DNA of 64,000 nucleotides from Candidatus Latescibacterota bacterium (GCA_965206595.1 OZ242214.1:1088001-1152000); one strand, 5' to 3'; numbered from the stretch's first letter, positions 1 through 10,418 are shown. Notes: generated by a model not told the origin, from the letters alone. Numbers and translations are program-made.

Positions 1-600
1 TCCAGCCTCGGCGAAGCCTTCCTGCACTCCGGGATCGCCCTGGAGAACCTCGGGCGCTGGCAGGAAGCGATAGAGAAGCTGAGGCAGGCGACCGAGCTGG
101 ACAGCTCAGACACGACCCCGCTGTTCTACCTCGGCAGCTGCCTCGAGCAGGCGTCGCGCAGCCTCCCCGACTCCGCCGCTCACTTCGATGCCGCCATCGC
201 CGCCTTCGAACGTCTGATCGAGCTCGATCCCGGCGATGCCTACGCCCTCAACTACCTCGGGTACATGTACGCGGAGCGCGGCATCCATCTCGAGGAAGCA
301 CTGGGCCTGCTGATCCGCGCAGTCGCGATCGATCCCGACAACGGGGCGTTCCTCGACAGCCTGGGGTGGGCTTATTACCGCCTCGGCGAGTTCGAGAAGG
401 CGGAGCGCTGCCTTGTCAAGGTGATGGAACGGCTCGTCGAGGAGGACGACGAGGATCAGGCGGTCATCTACGATCACGCCGGCGACATCGCCAGGGCCCT
501 CGGCAAGCAAGGGGAGGCGGCATCCCACTGGCAGCGCGCTCTCGAGCTGACGCCGGAGGACGAGGAGCTCCGGCGCAAGCTCGGCGCCGGGATCCCCTGA
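1..600 (+). CDS. TPR-repeat protein (5' end outside window)
   Basis: Frame 1 is open from base 1 to TGA at 598-600; typical TPR motifs (ALNYLGYMYAERG...LDSLGWAYYRLG...HWQRALEL). Confidence 0.9.
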   Translation, partial: SSLGEAFLHSGIALENLGRWQEAIEKLRQATELDSSDTTPLFYLGSCLEQASRSLPDSAAHFDAAIAAFERLIELDPGDAYALNYLGYMYAERGIHLEEALGLLIRAVAIDPDNGAFLDSLGWAYYRLGEFEKAERCLVKVMERLVEEDDEDQAVIYDHAGDIARALGKQGEAASHWQRALELTPEDEELRRKLGAGIP

Positions 601-659
601 ACGGCCTGTCTTAGAAACCCCGGCCAACACTTTTCTCCGTTCACCTGCAGGCGCACCCC

Positions 660-1400
660 TTGCCGGCAATCCGAGCCCTCCTCCTCCTCCTCTCTGTCGC
701 TGGGCTGCTAGGATGCTCCCACCGCGCTCCGCGCCAGGGCTGGCAGTCCGGAGCGGACGTCGGCGAGCTGCTGGCGTTGTCGCAGCGGAGCTTCGAGCAG
801 CTCGAAGGCCTGACCGCGGAGGCGGCAATAAGGTTTCGCGGCCCCGAGGGGAGCGGCAGGGCGACCGCGGCCATCCTCTACCGCAGGCCGTGCGAGTTGC
901 GGCTCGAGGTCAAGGATCCGCTTTTCAGGCAGGTGCTTTCCGCGGTCGTGCGCGGGGATTCGATGGAGGTTCTCGCCGGCGGGGAAACCTGGCGCGGATC
1001 GACCTCCCGGGGGCTGCACCGCTACCTGCCGGTTCTCGACCTCGGAGGCTACGATCTGCGCTACCTGCTGTTCGGCATCGTCGCTCCCTGGCAGCCGCAC
1101 GAGGTGCCGTCCCTGTCGCACCCGAGGGGGGACCGCGTCGTCGCGACGGTTGGCGGGGACCTGGGAAGTCGGTCGATATCGGCCGATCTCCACCGCGGCT
1201 TCGTATTTCGCGAGGAATCGGTCGCCGCCGATGGCGGTTCGTGGCGCCGCGACCTGGAGCGCTACCGGGAGATTTCCATTCCCGGGGGCGCTGCCGTCCC
1301 CCTGTACCTGCCGGGACTCGTGCGTATCGTGCAACCGGGGGCGACCCTGGAGATCGACGTGCGCAGCTATCGGGTCGCCGTTTCCGCCCCGGTGCCCTGA
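660..1400 (+). CDS. Outer-membrane lipoprotein, LolA/LolB-fold (DUF4292-like)
   Basis: TTG start, lipobox LLGC, beta-rich body; follows a TPR gene as in TPR-lolB arrangements. Confidence 0.55.
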   Translation: MPAIRALLLLLSVAGLLGCSHRAPRQGWQSGADVGELLALSQRSFEQLEGLTAEAAIRFRGPEGSGRATAAILYRRPCELRLEVKDPLFRQVLSAVVRGDSMEVLAGGETWRGSTSRGLHRYLPVLDLGGYDLRYLLFGIVAPWQPHEVPSLSHPRGDRVVATVGGDLGSRSISADLHRGFVFREESVAADGGSWRRDLERYREISIPGGAAVPLYLPGLVRIVQPGATLEIDVRSYRVAVSAPVP

Positions 1401-1410
1401 ACCGCCGTTC

Positions 1411-2418
1411 TCAGCGGCGGTAGCGGATGCGCGGGTCGAGGCAGGCGTAGAGGATGTCGGCGATAAGGTTGACGACCATGAACACCGTCGCCAGCAGCAG
1501 CACCCCTCCCTGAACGGCGCGGAAGTCGCGCGCCTGCACCGCCAGGAAGACCCAGCGACCCAGGCCGGGCCAGGCGAAGATCGTCTCGGTGATGACGGCG
1601 CCTCCCAGCAGGTAGCCGAATTCGAGAGCGATCACGGTCAGGGTCGGCACGAAGGCGTTCCTCAAGGCGTGGCGAAGAACGACGAGCCGCCGCGGCAGGC
1701 CCTTTGCCCGGGCGGTGCGCACGTACTCCTCTCCGAGAACCTCGAGCAGGCTGGCGCGGGTCATCCTCGCTATGAAGGCGAGGGGGATCGTCGCCAGGGT
1801 GAGGGCCGGCAGCGCCAGGTGCCAGAGCGCGTCGACGAAGCCGTCCCAGTTGGCTCCCAGGACCGCGTCGAAGAGGTATAATCCGGTTATCGCCTCGACC
1901 TGGACCGCGGCGCCGAGGCGCCCGGATACCGGGAAAAGGGGAAACTGCACCGCGAGCAGCAGCATCAGCATCAATCCGAGCCAGAAGACGGGAATCGAGA
2001 TTCCTGCCGTGGCCGCCACCATGCTGACGTAGTCGGCGACCTTGCCCTGTGCCAGGGCGGCGAGGACCCCGAGGCCGATGCCGCCGGCGATGGCGATGAT
2101 CATCGCCGCCAGGGTCAGCTCGCAGGTGGCGGGGAAGCGCTGCAGGATCTCGGTGCTGATCAGCTCGTGGGTGCGGAAGGAGCGGCCGAGATTACCGCGC
2201 AGAAGGTCGCCGAAGAACCTGGCGAACTGCACGTGGAAGGGCTGGTCCAGCCCCATGTCGAGGCGCAGCGCCGCGATGCTGGCGGCGTCGGCGCGCTCTC
2301 CTAGCATGATCTGCGCCGGGTCCCCGGGAACCAGGTGGATCATCAGGAACACCAGCAGGGAGATCCCGATCAGGGTCGGCACCAGGAGCGCCAGCCGCCG
2401 CAGGACGAAACCGGTCAA
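1411..2418 (-). CDS. dppB: Peptide/nickel-family ABC transporter permease, DppB type
   Basis: PGDPA motif, EYVRTARAKG EAA-like loop, C-terminal LDPRIR. Confidence 0.9.
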   Translation of the reverse strand: MTGFVLRRLALLVPTLIGISLLVFLMIHLVPGDPAQIMLGERADAASIAALRLDMGLDQPFHVQFARFFGDLLRGNLGRSFRTHELISTEILQRFPATCELTLAAMIIAIAGGIGLGVLAALAQGKVADYVSMVAATAGISIPVFWLGLMLMLLLAVQFPLFPVSGRLGAAVQVEAITGLYLFDAVLGANWDGFVDALWHLALPALTLATIPLAFIARMTRASLLEVLGEEYVRTARAKGLPRRLVVLRHALRNAFVPTLTVIALEFGYLLGGAVITETIFAWPGLGRWVFLAVQARDFRAVQGGVLLLATVFMVVNLIADILYACLDPRIRYRR

Positions 2419-2452
2419 CGGGGCGCTTCCGCAAACGGCCCCCGCGGGCGGC

Positions 2453-4015
2453 TCAGTTCGAGAGGACTACGCGGTGGAACCACTTGCTGCCGGTCGGATG
2501 CAGCGCGAAGCCGCGCACGTTCGACCGGAAGGCCGCGGTCTGGGTGGCGTGCACCAGCGGAACCCACGGGGCATCCGCGTGGATGATCTGTTGCGCCTTC
2601 CTGTAGAGGGAGGTGCGCTCGGCCATGTCGCCGCTGCGGCGGGCGGCGACGAGCAGCTCGTGCAGGGGGTCGCTGCGGTAGAAGGAGACGTTGTTGGCCG
2701 GCTTGACGGCCGCGGTCTTGTCGAGCAGGACGTAGAGGAAATTGTCTGGGTCGCCGTTGTCCCCGGTCCATCCCAGCAGGCACATCGGGTGCTCCCCGGC
2801 GAACACCTTGTCGAGGTAGGTGCCCCACTCCCAACGCACGATTTTGGCCCTGACGCCGACGGCGTCGAGGTTGGCCTTGATGGCGACGGCGATCTTCTCC
2901 GGCTGAGGCATGTAGGGCCGCGGCGCCGGCATCGCCCACAGTTCGGTCTCGAAACCGTCGGGAAACCCCGCCTCGGCGAGCAGCCTGCGGGCCCGGTCGG
3001 GGTCGAAGGGGTACGGCTCGACGCTGTCGTCGTACCCCCACATCAGAGGGGGCAGCGGGTTCTTCGCAGGAACCGCCAGCCCGGAGTAGAAGTTGTCGAC
3101 CAGGGCCTGCTTGTCGATGGCGCAGTTGATGGCGACGCGGACGAGGCGGTTGTCGAACGGGGGCCGGTCCATGTTCATCGCCACGTAGCCGACGTTCATG
3201 CCGGGCTGGGTCAGGAGTTGCAGGTCGGGATCCTCGCGGATGGCCTCGATGAACTCCGGGCTGACGTTGTCGATCCCCTGGATGGCACCCGTCCTGAGCT
3301 CGAGGAAACGGACCGAGGCATCCTGTATCGGCCGGAAGATCAGGCGCTTCAGGAGCGGGGGCTTCCCCCAGTAGCTGTCGTTGCGGTCGAGCACGATGCG
3401 CTCGTCCTTGCGCCACTCGACGAACTTGAACGGTCCCGTACCGACGGGATTCTTGAAGAACTCGGGGCCGTGCGCGGCGACCGCGGTCGGGCTGACCGCG
3501 GCGCAGAAGTTCATTCCCAGGGTCGCGAGGAACGTGGCGTTCGGCTCGGCGAGGCGCACGACGAAGGTCGAGTCGTCGGCGGCCTCCATCGCCGCGACGA
3601 CGTCGCTCATGCCCATGGAGTTCCAGTAGTTGTAGGCGCCCTGCACCTTGTGGTAGGGATGGTCTTCATCGAACTGGCGCGCCAGGGAGAACTGCATAGC
3701 CTCGGCGTCGAAGGGAGTGCCGTCGTGAAAGCGGACCCCGGTGCGCAGGCGGAAGGTCCAGGTCAGGCGGTCCTCGGAGACCTCCCAGCTTTTGGCCAGC
3801 TGCGGAACCACCGTGGTCGAGCCTTCCCCGTAGGTGACCAGGTTTTCGTAGATGTTGTCGCAGACCTTGAAGGATTCGCCGTCTCCCTCCAGCGCCGGGT
3901 CGAGTCCGACCGAGTCGGAACCGCGGCCGAAAACCAGGACATGATCCGCCTCGCGCACGCAACCGGTCAGCAGCATGGAGGCGAACAGCAAACACCAGAG
4001 GCAGGGCAGTGCCAA
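2453..4015 (-). CDS. dppA: ABC transporter substrate-binding lipoprotein, family 5 (DppA-like); start uncertain
   Basis: WTFRLRTGVRFHDG and PVGTGPFKF family-5 motifs; lipobox LTGC; TTG at 4015 chosen as a plausible start. Confidence 0.85.
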   Translation of the reverse strand: MALPCLWCLLFASMLLTGCVREADHVLVFGRGSDSVGLDPALEGDGESFKVCDNIYENLVTYGEGSTTVVPQLAKSWEVSEDRLTWTFRLRTGVRFHDGTPFDAEAMQFSLARQFDEDHPYHKVQGAYNYWNSMGMSDVVAAMEAADDSTFVVRLAEPNATFLATLGMNFCAAVSPTAVAAHGPEFFKNPVGTGPFKFVEWRKDERIVLDRNDSYWGKPPLLKRLIFRPIQDASVRFLELRTGAIQGIDNVSPEFIEAIREDPDLQLLTQPGMNVGYVAMNMDRPPFDNRLVRVAINCAIDKQALVDNFYSGLAVPAKNPLPPLMWGYDDSVEPYPFDPDRARRLLAEAGFPDGFETELWAMPAPRPYMPQPEKIAVAIKANLDAVGVRAKIVRWEWGTYLDKVFAGEHPMCLLGWTGDNGDPDNFLYVLLDKTAAVKPANNVSFYRSDPLHELLVAARRSGDMAERTSLYRKAQQIIHADAPWVPLVHATQTAAFRSNVRGFALHPTGSKWFHRVVLSN

Positions 4016-4128
4016 TCCGGTGAAGAGTGCGTCGCGTGGGGAAACGGGGACGGGGGCCGCGGCCTGCCGGGCGATCGGGGGCGGGAACGGCCGCCGCGGG
4101 GGTATTGCGGCGGAGACGGCTCGCCGTC

Positions 4129-5121
4129 TCACTCGGAGAAGGCGGCGTCGAACGCCGCTGCGGAGGGCTCGAAGTCGACTTCCTTCACGAAGGCGCAGGC
4201 CTCGGCGGCGCCGTGCTCGCGGTCCATGCCGCCGTCCTCCCATTCGACCGAGAGCGGGCCCTGATAGTCGATGCGGTTGAGGGCGCGGATGATCTCCTCG
4301 AAGTCGATGTTGCCCCTTCCGAGCGAGCGGAAGTCCCAGTAGCGCCGCCGGTCGCCGAAATCGACGTGGCCGCCGAACACCCCGGCTTCGGTCGGAGTGG
4401 CCGACCAGGCGACGTCCTTCATGTGCACGTGGAAGATCCGCTCTGCGAACCGGTAGATGAACTCGACGTAGTCGACGCCCTGGTACCCGAGGTGGCTCGG
4501 GTCGTAGTTGAAGCCGAACGCGGGGTGGCCGTCCAGGGCCGCTAGGGCGCGCTCCGCGGAAGCGATGTCGAAGGCGATCTCCGTGGGGTGGACCTCGAGG
4601 GCGAACCTGACCCCCGCCTTCTCGAACTCGTCCATGATCGGCTTGAACCGGGATCCGAATTCGGCGAACCCGTCATCGATCATTTCGGGCGGGGTTGGCG
4701 GAAAGGAGTACAGAAGGTGCCAGATCGGACTGCCGGTGAACCCGTTGACGACGTCGACTCCGAGGCGCTTGGCAGCATGGGCGGTTGCGATCAGCTCCGC
4801 GGCGGCGCGCTCGCGTACCCCATCGGGGTCCCCGTCCCCCCAGACGTGGGGCGGCAGGATCGCCTCGTGGCGGCCGTCGATGTTGTCGCACACTGCCTGT
4901 CCGACGAGGTGGGCGGAAATCGAGAAGAGCTGCAGGCCGTGCTTTTCGAGCAGCGCACGCCTCGCCTTGCAGTAATCCTCGTCGGCCTTTTCGACCTCGA
5001 AGTGGTCTCCCCAGCAGGCGAGCTCGACCCCGTCGTATCCGAAGGAAACCGCTTTCTCGCACATGGCCCTGATGTCGAGATCAGCCCATTGGCCGGTGAA
5101 CAGTGTGACTGGTCGCGCCAT
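4129..5121 (-). CDS. Sugar phosphate isomerase/epimerase, xylose-isomerase-like TIM barrel (IolE/MocC family)
   Basis: FALEVHP, NYDPSH, HVHMKD and LSVEWED metal-binding motifs. Confidence 0.9.
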   Translation of the reverse strand: MARPVTLFTGQWADLDIRAMCEKAVSFGYDGVELACWGDHFEVEKADEDYCKARRALLEKHGLQLFSISAHLVGQAVCDNIDGRHEAILPPHVWGDGDPDGVRERAAAELIATAHAAKRLGVDVVNGFTGSPIWHLLYSFPPTPPEMIDDGFAEFGSRFKPIMDEFEKAGVRFALEVHPTEIAFDIASAERALAALDGHPAFGFNYDPSHLGYQGVDYVEFIYRFAERIFHVHMKDVAWSATPTEAGVFGGHVDFGDRRRYWDFRSLGRGNIDFEEIIRALNRIDYQGPLSVEWEDGGMDREHGAAEACAFVKEVDFEPSAAAFDAAFSE

Positions 5122-5146
5122 GATGTTCTCCGTTTGTGTTTGCCTT

Positions 5147-6319
5147 CTAAAGGTCCCGGATGCGGATCCAGCCGCGTTCCTTCGCCGACAGCGAAACCGC
5201 CTCGAGCACCGCCTGCGCCTTGACTCCGTCGGCGAAATCCGGATGCACCTTTCCGTCCGACGCTATCCCCTGCATAAGGTCGTAGACCTCGTGGATGAAG
5301 GTGTGCTCCCAACCGATTATGTGTCCGGGCGGCCACCACGCATCCATGTAAGGGTGCGTCCCCCCTTCGTTGACGATGATCTCGCGAAAGCCCTGCAGGT
5401 GGCCCGGGTCGTCGCGGTCGTAGAACTGCAGCTCGTTCATCTTTTCGAGGTTGAAGCTGAGCGAGCCCTTGCTGCCGTTGATCTCGAAGCGGTTGTGATT
5501 GCGCCTGCCGGCGGCAAAGCGGGTCGCCTCGAAGGACCCCAGGGCCCCGTTCCTGAAGCGGGCGAGAAAGAGGGTCGCGTCGTCGACGGTGACCCTGCCC
5601 CTTTTCCTGGTCTTACCGCGCGAGGCGCCGAGGGCGGCGTCTATCTCTTCCGCCAGGGGCCGTTCCCTGATGAAGGTCGCATCCGCTCCGACGACCTCGG
5701 TGATGTCTCCAACCAGGAAATGGGCGAGGTCGATGATGTGGGCGTTCAGGTCTCCGTGCGGCCCGGAGCCGGCCTTGCTCTTCTGTAGCCGCCAGACGAG
5801 CGGGAATTCCGGATCGATGATCCAGTCCTGGAGGTAGACGGCGCGCCAGTGGTAGATCTCGCCCAGACGTCCCTCGTCGACGATTTGCTTGGCCAGGGCC
5901 ACGGCGGGGACGCGCCGGTAGTTGTAGGCCACCATGTGTTTGACCTTGGCTTTGCGCACCGCGGCGAGCATTGCCCGGGCTTCGGAGAGGTTGTTGGCCA
6001 GCGGTTTCTCGCAGAACAGGTGCTTGCCGTTCTCCGCCGCGGCGATGGCGATGTCGGCGTGGGTGTTCCCGGGCGTCGACACGTCGACGAGGTCGATGTC
6101 CTCCCGTTGCACGAGGCGCTTCCAGCTCGTCTCGACCTCTTCCCAGCCGAACTGCACGGCCGCGGCCTGCACGGCCTCCCGGTTGCGGCCGCAAAGGGCC
6201 TTCATCACCGGCATCGCCCCGGCATCGGGGAAGAAGAAGCCCATGTCCTTGTAGGCGTGGCTGTGGGCCTTGCCCATGAACTGGTAGCCGACGAGTCCGA
6301 CGTTGATCTGTTTCGGCAT
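5147..6319 (-). CDS. Gfo/Idh/MocA oxidoreductase resembling the levoglucosan/glycoside 3-dehydrogenase subgroup
   Basis: GxxFMGKAHS, [19 protein letters not shown] and GDLNAH motifs. Confidence 0.9.
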   Translation of the reverse strand: MPKQINVGLVGYQFMGKAHSHAYKDMGFFFPDAGAMPVMKALCGRNREAVQAAAVQFGWEEVETSWKRLVQREDIDLVDVSTPGNTHADIAIAAAENGKHLFCEKPLANNLSEARAMLAAVRKAKVKHMVAYNYRRVPAVALAKQIVDEGRLGEIYHWRAVYLQDWIIDPEFPLVWRLQKSKAGSGPHGDLNAHIIDLAHFLVGDITEVVGADATFIRERPLAEEIDAALGASRGKTRKRGRVTVDDATLFLARFRNGALGSFEATRFAAGRRNHNRFEINGSKGSLSFNLEKMNELQFYDRDDPGHLQGFREIIVNEGGTHPYMDAWWPPGHIIGWEHTFIHEVYDLMQGIASDGKVHPDFADGVKAQAVLEAVSLSAKERGWIRIRDL

Positions 6320-6406
6320 GGGGAACTAACTCCCGGATCGGGGGAAGCTGATTCTCCCTCCAGGTAGGAGGGGCAGGTAATTGCAGTGGTAAGGCCGGCG
6401 GGCCCC

Positions 6407-6436
6407 TAAGTAGATGGGGGCTCCGGCGACTGTCAA
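6407..6436 (-). promoter_or_regulatory. Putative sigma70 promoter for the oxidoreductase-isomerase-dppAB unit
   Basis: TTGACA-N18-TACTTA on the minus strand. Confidence 0.5.
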
Positions 6437-6551
6437 TAGCCGCCGCGGGGGTGAGCGGCCGCCTCGAGGGGAGCTCCTTCAGTTCGGCAAGGCCAGGCCG
6501 GGGATGGCGCGGTCGTGGAGAGTCACCGGGTGGACAGGATGCCCGCGACCG

Positions 6552-7349
6552 TCAATGACGGATCGCTTTCTGGCGCCGCAGGTCGACGTCGAATACGCGC
6601 AACTGGCCGCCGGGGAACTCCCCGATCAGCTCGACGATGCCGTCGTTGTCGAGATCGAGGGTTCCCAGGCGCTCCCCGAACGGCTCGGGGGACTGCCACT
6701 CCAGGTCGCGGAAGCGCGCGTCGAAGACGAACCCGTCGTTGAGCACGATCTCCTCGGCGTTGTCCCCGTCGACATCGGCGACGATGATCTCCACGGCTTC
6801 GATGTTCGACTGGTCGGAGCGCCATTCCTCGAAGCGGTCGAGGCCGTCGTAGATGATGAGCATGCCGTCGCCGCAGAACACCATCTCGAGCTGTTCGTCG
6901 TCGTCGACGTTGTGGAGGATCATCGCGGTGATCGACTCGTACTCGTTGGGAGGGTTGCTCCACAGGGTGCGGTAATCCCCGGAGTCCAGTACGTAGATGC
7001 GCCCTGTCTCGGTGTAGACAAGGAGCTCCGAGAGGCCGTCGGAGTCGACGTCGGAGACGAAGAGGCCGCCGACCGGCCCTTCGAGATGCTCGCTGATCCA
7101 GACCTCCTCGAACGCCTCTCCCTGATCCTCGAATACATGGAGGAACCCCCGGGCCTCTCCGAGGACGAGCCGAGCCGGGTCTTCCGGCTTCGCCCTCGGC
7201 AGCAGCCCGAGGTTGTCGAATTCATCGAGCGACCAGTTCTCTTCGAGCCGGACCGACAGGGAGTCCCTTGCCGCGGCAGGCGAGGCCGCTCCGAGGGTCG
7301 CTCCGAAAAGAGCGGCCGCCGCCGCAATCCCGAGTGCAGACAGTTTCAT
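6552..7349 (-). CDS. Secreted protein with FG-GAP/VCBS-like DxDxDG repeats
   Basis: Ala-rich signal peptide; repeats DVDSDGLSELLV, NVDDDEQLEMVF, DVDGDNAEEIVL, DLDNDGIVELIG; ATGA overlap with larC. Confidence 0.75.
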   Translation of the reverse strand: MKLSALGIAAAAALFGATLGAASPAAARDSLSVRLEENWSLDEFDNLGLLPRAKPEDPARLVLGEARGFLHVFEDQGEAFEEVWISEHLEGPVGGLFVSDVDSDGLSELLVYTETGRIYVLDSGDYRTLWSNPPNEYESITAMILHNVDDDEQLEMVFCGDGMLIIYDGLDRFEEWRSDQSNIEAVEIIVADVDGDNAEEIVLNDGFVFDARFRDLEWQSPEPFGERLGTLDLDNDGIVELIGEFPGGQLRVFDVDLRRQKAIRH

Positions 7350-8590
7350 TCCTGGCTCTCCTCGCCGATCGCCGCCTTCGCCGCTTCGTACACGGCGAGG
7401 ATCGGTACCTTGCGCTGGCGCGCGCGCGCCGCGCAGTCCTCGTATTCGGGCGCGAGCCGCCGGCCGCCGTCGAAGTGGCAGACCTTGACGCGAACATCCC
7501 CGTGCGCAGTCGACACGGTGGTCGAGCTGCGCTGCAGCTTGCGCCGTTCGACGGGGTGAAACCGCACACCCGTGGTGGTAGTTTCCCCGAGAACGGTCTC
7601 GACGGCCGCCTCGACGCCGGCGGGGTCGACGAGCACGCTCAGCAGGCTGCCGGGGCGGCCTTTCTTCATGTAGACCGGGGTGATGTACACGTCCTTGGCT
7701 CCGCGCTCCAGCAGCAGGTCGAACAGGTAGCCGTACACCTCGGGGTTCATGTCGTCAATGTTGGCCTCGATGAGCAGAGCGTCGTCGCGTTCGAGTCGGG
7801 TGCGTCCATCGGGCGGGGCTTTCGCGAGCTCGCCGATGCGAACCCTCAGGGCGTTGGGCACCGAGGGCAGATCCCGCGCTCCGGCACCGTAGCCGACCTG
7901 AAGCAAGCGATACTCCGGCGGGGCGCTGAAGTCCGCAAGAGTGGTGATGATGGCCGCTCCCGTAGGGGTGATCAGCTCCGCTTCGACATCGGTCTGGATC
8001 AGCCGCAGGCCGGGCACGCCCTCGCACAGCGCCAGGACCCCGGGGACCGGCACCGGGTAGCTGCCGTGGGCGCACTGGACGAGCCCGGTGCCGCACCGCA
8101 GGGGGGACGAGTGCACGGCGGCGACTCCCAGCAACTGCAGACCGGCCACCGCTCCGACTACGTCGACGACCGCGTCCAACGCTCCCGCTTCGTGCAGGCG
8201 AACCTCCTCGACGTCGACGCCGTGAACCTGCGCCTCCGCCTCGGCGAGTCTTCGAAAGACCTTGAGGGAACCGCTCCTGACCTCCTCGTCGAGGTCGCTC
8301 GAGGCCAGGAGTTCCTCGAGTTCGCCCAAGTGGCGGTGGCCGCCCCCGTCCGCATGCGAGTGGATGTGATGCTCATCGGTTTGTGCGATCGCTTTTCCGC
8401 CGAGGCGGACCTGCACGCGGAGGGGCCCTAGGCCGCAACGCTCGACCCTTTCGACCCGAAGGTCTGCGGGAAGCCGGAGCTTGGCGATCTCGGCGCGCAG
8501 GAGATCGGCGTCGAGGCCGGCGTCGACCAGCGCCCCAAGGACCATGTCGCCGCTGATCCCCGAGAAACAGTCGAAATGGGCTAGGCGCAT
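7346..8590 (-). CDS. larC: Nickel-pincer cofactor biosynthesis protein LarC
   Basis: FDCFSGISGDM N-terminus, His patch, ELITPTGAA, MKKGRPG, PEYEDC. Confidence 0.93.
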   Translation of the reverse strand: MRLAHFDCFSGISGDMVLGALVDAGLDADLLRAEIAKLRLPADLRVERVERCGLGPLRVQVRLGGKAIAQTDEHHIHSHADGGGHRHLGELEELLASSDLDEEVRSGSLKVFRRLAEAEAQVHGVDVEEVRLHEAGALDAVVDVVGAVAGLQLLGVAAVHSSPLRCGTGLVQCAHGSYPVPVPGVLALCEGVPGLRLIQTDVEAELITPTGAAIITTLADFSAPPEYRLLQVGYGAGARDLPSVPNALRVRIGELAKAPPDGRTRLERDDALLIEANIDDMNPEVYGYLFDLLLERGAKDVYITPVYMKKGRPGSLLSVLVDPAGVEAAVETVLGETTTTGVRFHPVERRKLQRSSTTVSTAHGDVRVKVCHFDGGRRLAPEYEDCAARARQRKVPILAVYEAAKAAIGEESQE

Positions 8591-8622
8591 TGGCACGGTC
8601 CGGTTTCGCGGGGGGTCAGGCT

Positions 8623-9036
8623 CTACTTCCTGAATTCGGCCCTGCGTTTGTTCCAGTCGAACTCCGAGGCGAAATCGTAGACGTCGATAAAGTCCTCCAG
8701 GCAGTCATTTTCCGTCCTCCCCAACTGCTTCGCCGATACCAGGTTGAAAACGATGTTGCCGAAGTCCTCGGTCTTGTAGACGCCCCAGTGCTCGAAAACG
8801 GTACGGGTCAGCGGCCCGAACCGGCTGAGCCCGAACTCGCTGATTCCCCTGAGCAGATCGGCGCCGGAGACATGTCTCTGATCGTCGGGCATGCCCGCCT
8901 TTCCGAGACTCTTTACCGTGTAATTCAGGGCCTCGTACAGGAAAACGTACGCCTCCCTTGCGTAGCGGCCGTCCTGGTCGACCAGGTGGTCGACGGCTCG
9001 GTCGAGGTTGGCTTTAGGGGACAATTGGTCACCCAT
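8623..9036 (-). CDS. Minf_1886-family conserved protein
   Basis: RYAREAYVFL...HVSGADLL...FGPL...WGV...EDFGNIVFNLV pattern. Confidence 0.75.
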   Translation of the reverse strand: MGDQLSPKANLDRAVDHLVDQDGRYAREAYVFLYEALNYTVKSLGKAGMPDDQRHVSGADLLRGISEFGLSRFGPLTRTVFEHWGVYKTEDFGNIVFNLVSAKQLGRTENDCLEDFIDVYDFASEFDWNKRRAEFRK

Positions 9037-9037
9037 G

Positions 9038-10324
9038 TCATCGCCCGGGGTTCTGGAGTGCGAAGGACGGGCCGGCTGCCGCCGCCCGGGCGACGAGTCG
9101 GTCGCGGTGAGCGAAGAAGGGCGCCTTCTGATTCTCGGGAAGGGGTGCGACCTTGGCCTGCCTGTTGACGCTGGCCGGGTTGCGGTGGCGACCGTTGCGC
9201 AGCAGTTCGTAGTGCAAGTGAGGGCCGGTCGTGCGCCCGGTGGCTCCGACGCGGCCGACAACCTCGAACTTGTCGACCCGCTGGCCCTTGCGCACCGAGA
9301 TGCGACTGAGGTGGGCGTAGCGGGTCTTGTAGCCGTTCGGATGTTCGACCTCCACCAGCTTTCCGTAGCCGCCCTTGCGGCCGGCGTAGCTGACAGTCCC
9401 GCGCGCCGTGGCCCAGACCCTGGTTCCCTTGTCGGCGGCGAAGTCCATGCCTAGATGGGGAATGTTGCGTTTCAGGATCGGGTGGAAGCGCTTGTTGCTG
9501 AAACCGGAGCTGATGCGGCGGTAGGAGAGGGGACTGAGAAGGAACATGCGCTCGACCGACTTGCCGTTCTCGTCGTAATACCCCGAGCCTTCCTCCGTCT
9601 CGTAGAACACCGCCAGTTGCGAAACGATCTCGCCATCGTAGCGGGCCAGCAGGACGCGGTCATAGCGCACGAATATCCCGTCCTTGAAGAGCTTGCGAAC
9701 TACCAGGCCGAGGCGGTCCCCCTTCCTGGGGTCCTTGTTGAAATCGACGACCGACCCGAAGATCCGGTCGGCGAGCAGGTCGGTGAGCAGCATGCTCTCG
9801 CCAGCGCCGGCCATGGCGTTGGACAGGTTGTCCTCGATCGTCACCTGCAGCGCGACCACCGAAGTGTCGAGTGGTTCCGTGATCCGTCGCGCGGAAAAAC
9901 CGCCCGCGGCGGTGCGCTCTACGTGCAGAACCTGGTCCGGTTGGTTGCGCTGCAGGTAGGAAAAGCTGGTAACCTCACTCTCCTGGCCGACGACGAGCCG
10001 GTAGCTGTCGCCGGGTTTCAGGCTCGATGCATCGAACAGGTCCCGCATGGCCTCGTTCAGGTGCGCCACCTCGAGATCGGAGACTCCGTGCCGCTTCAGG
10101 GACAGGTATAAGGTGTCGTTCCGGCCGATGGTATCGAGCAGGGCCGCTGCCTCGGAGGGCTCGGCTGCTGCCGGGGCGGGGACAGGTTCGATGGCCGTCC
10201 CCCCGGCGGCTGCGAGCGGTTCGCCAGGAGTGCGATCAAGGCGGATCACCGCGGCGACCGCGGTCAGGGCGATCAGCACCGGGATCACCGTCCAGAGCCA
10301 GAGCGAATAGGGGGAACGGGTCAT
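9038..10324 (-). CDS. M23-family peptidoglycan DD-endopeptidase (MepM-like)
   Basis: N-terminal TM; HLGMDFA (HxxxD), YAHLS and TGPHLHYE motifs. Confidence 0.92.
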   Translation of the reverse strand: MTRSPYSLWLWTVIPVLIALTAVAAVIRLDRTPGEPLAAAGGTAIEPVPAPAAAEPSEAAALLDTIGRNDTLYLSLKRHGVSDLEVAHLNEAMRDLFDASSLKPGDSYRLVVGQESEVTSFSYLQRNQPDQVLHVERTAAGGFSARRITEPLDTSVVALQVTIEDNLSNAMAGAGESMLLTDLLADRIFGSVVDFNKDPRKGDRLGLVVRKLFKDGIFVRYDRVLLARYDGEIVSQLAVFYETEEGSGYYDENGKSVERMFLLSPLSYRRISSGFSNKRFHPILKRNIPHLGMDFAADKGTRVWATARGTVSYAGRKGGYGKLVEVEHPNGYKTRYAHLSRISVRKGQRVDKFEVVGRVGATGRTTGPHLHYELLRNGRHRNPASVNRQAKVAPLPENQKAPFFAHRDRLVARAAAAGPSFALQNPGR

Positions 10325-10418
10325 GTACAGGAGGCGGTCGGGAGTGGAACGGTTACGCCGCCGCCGGGGGGAAGTACAGCCCTTCGAAGGGCTTTGCAAT
10401 TGCCGTAACATGTTTGTT

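Noticed and set aside
10378-10393. 16-bp perfect palindrome AGCCCTTCGAAGGGCT in the M23 peptidase leader
   Set aside because: It is a single short hairpin with no U-tract on the coding strand and no second copy seen; function is unsupported
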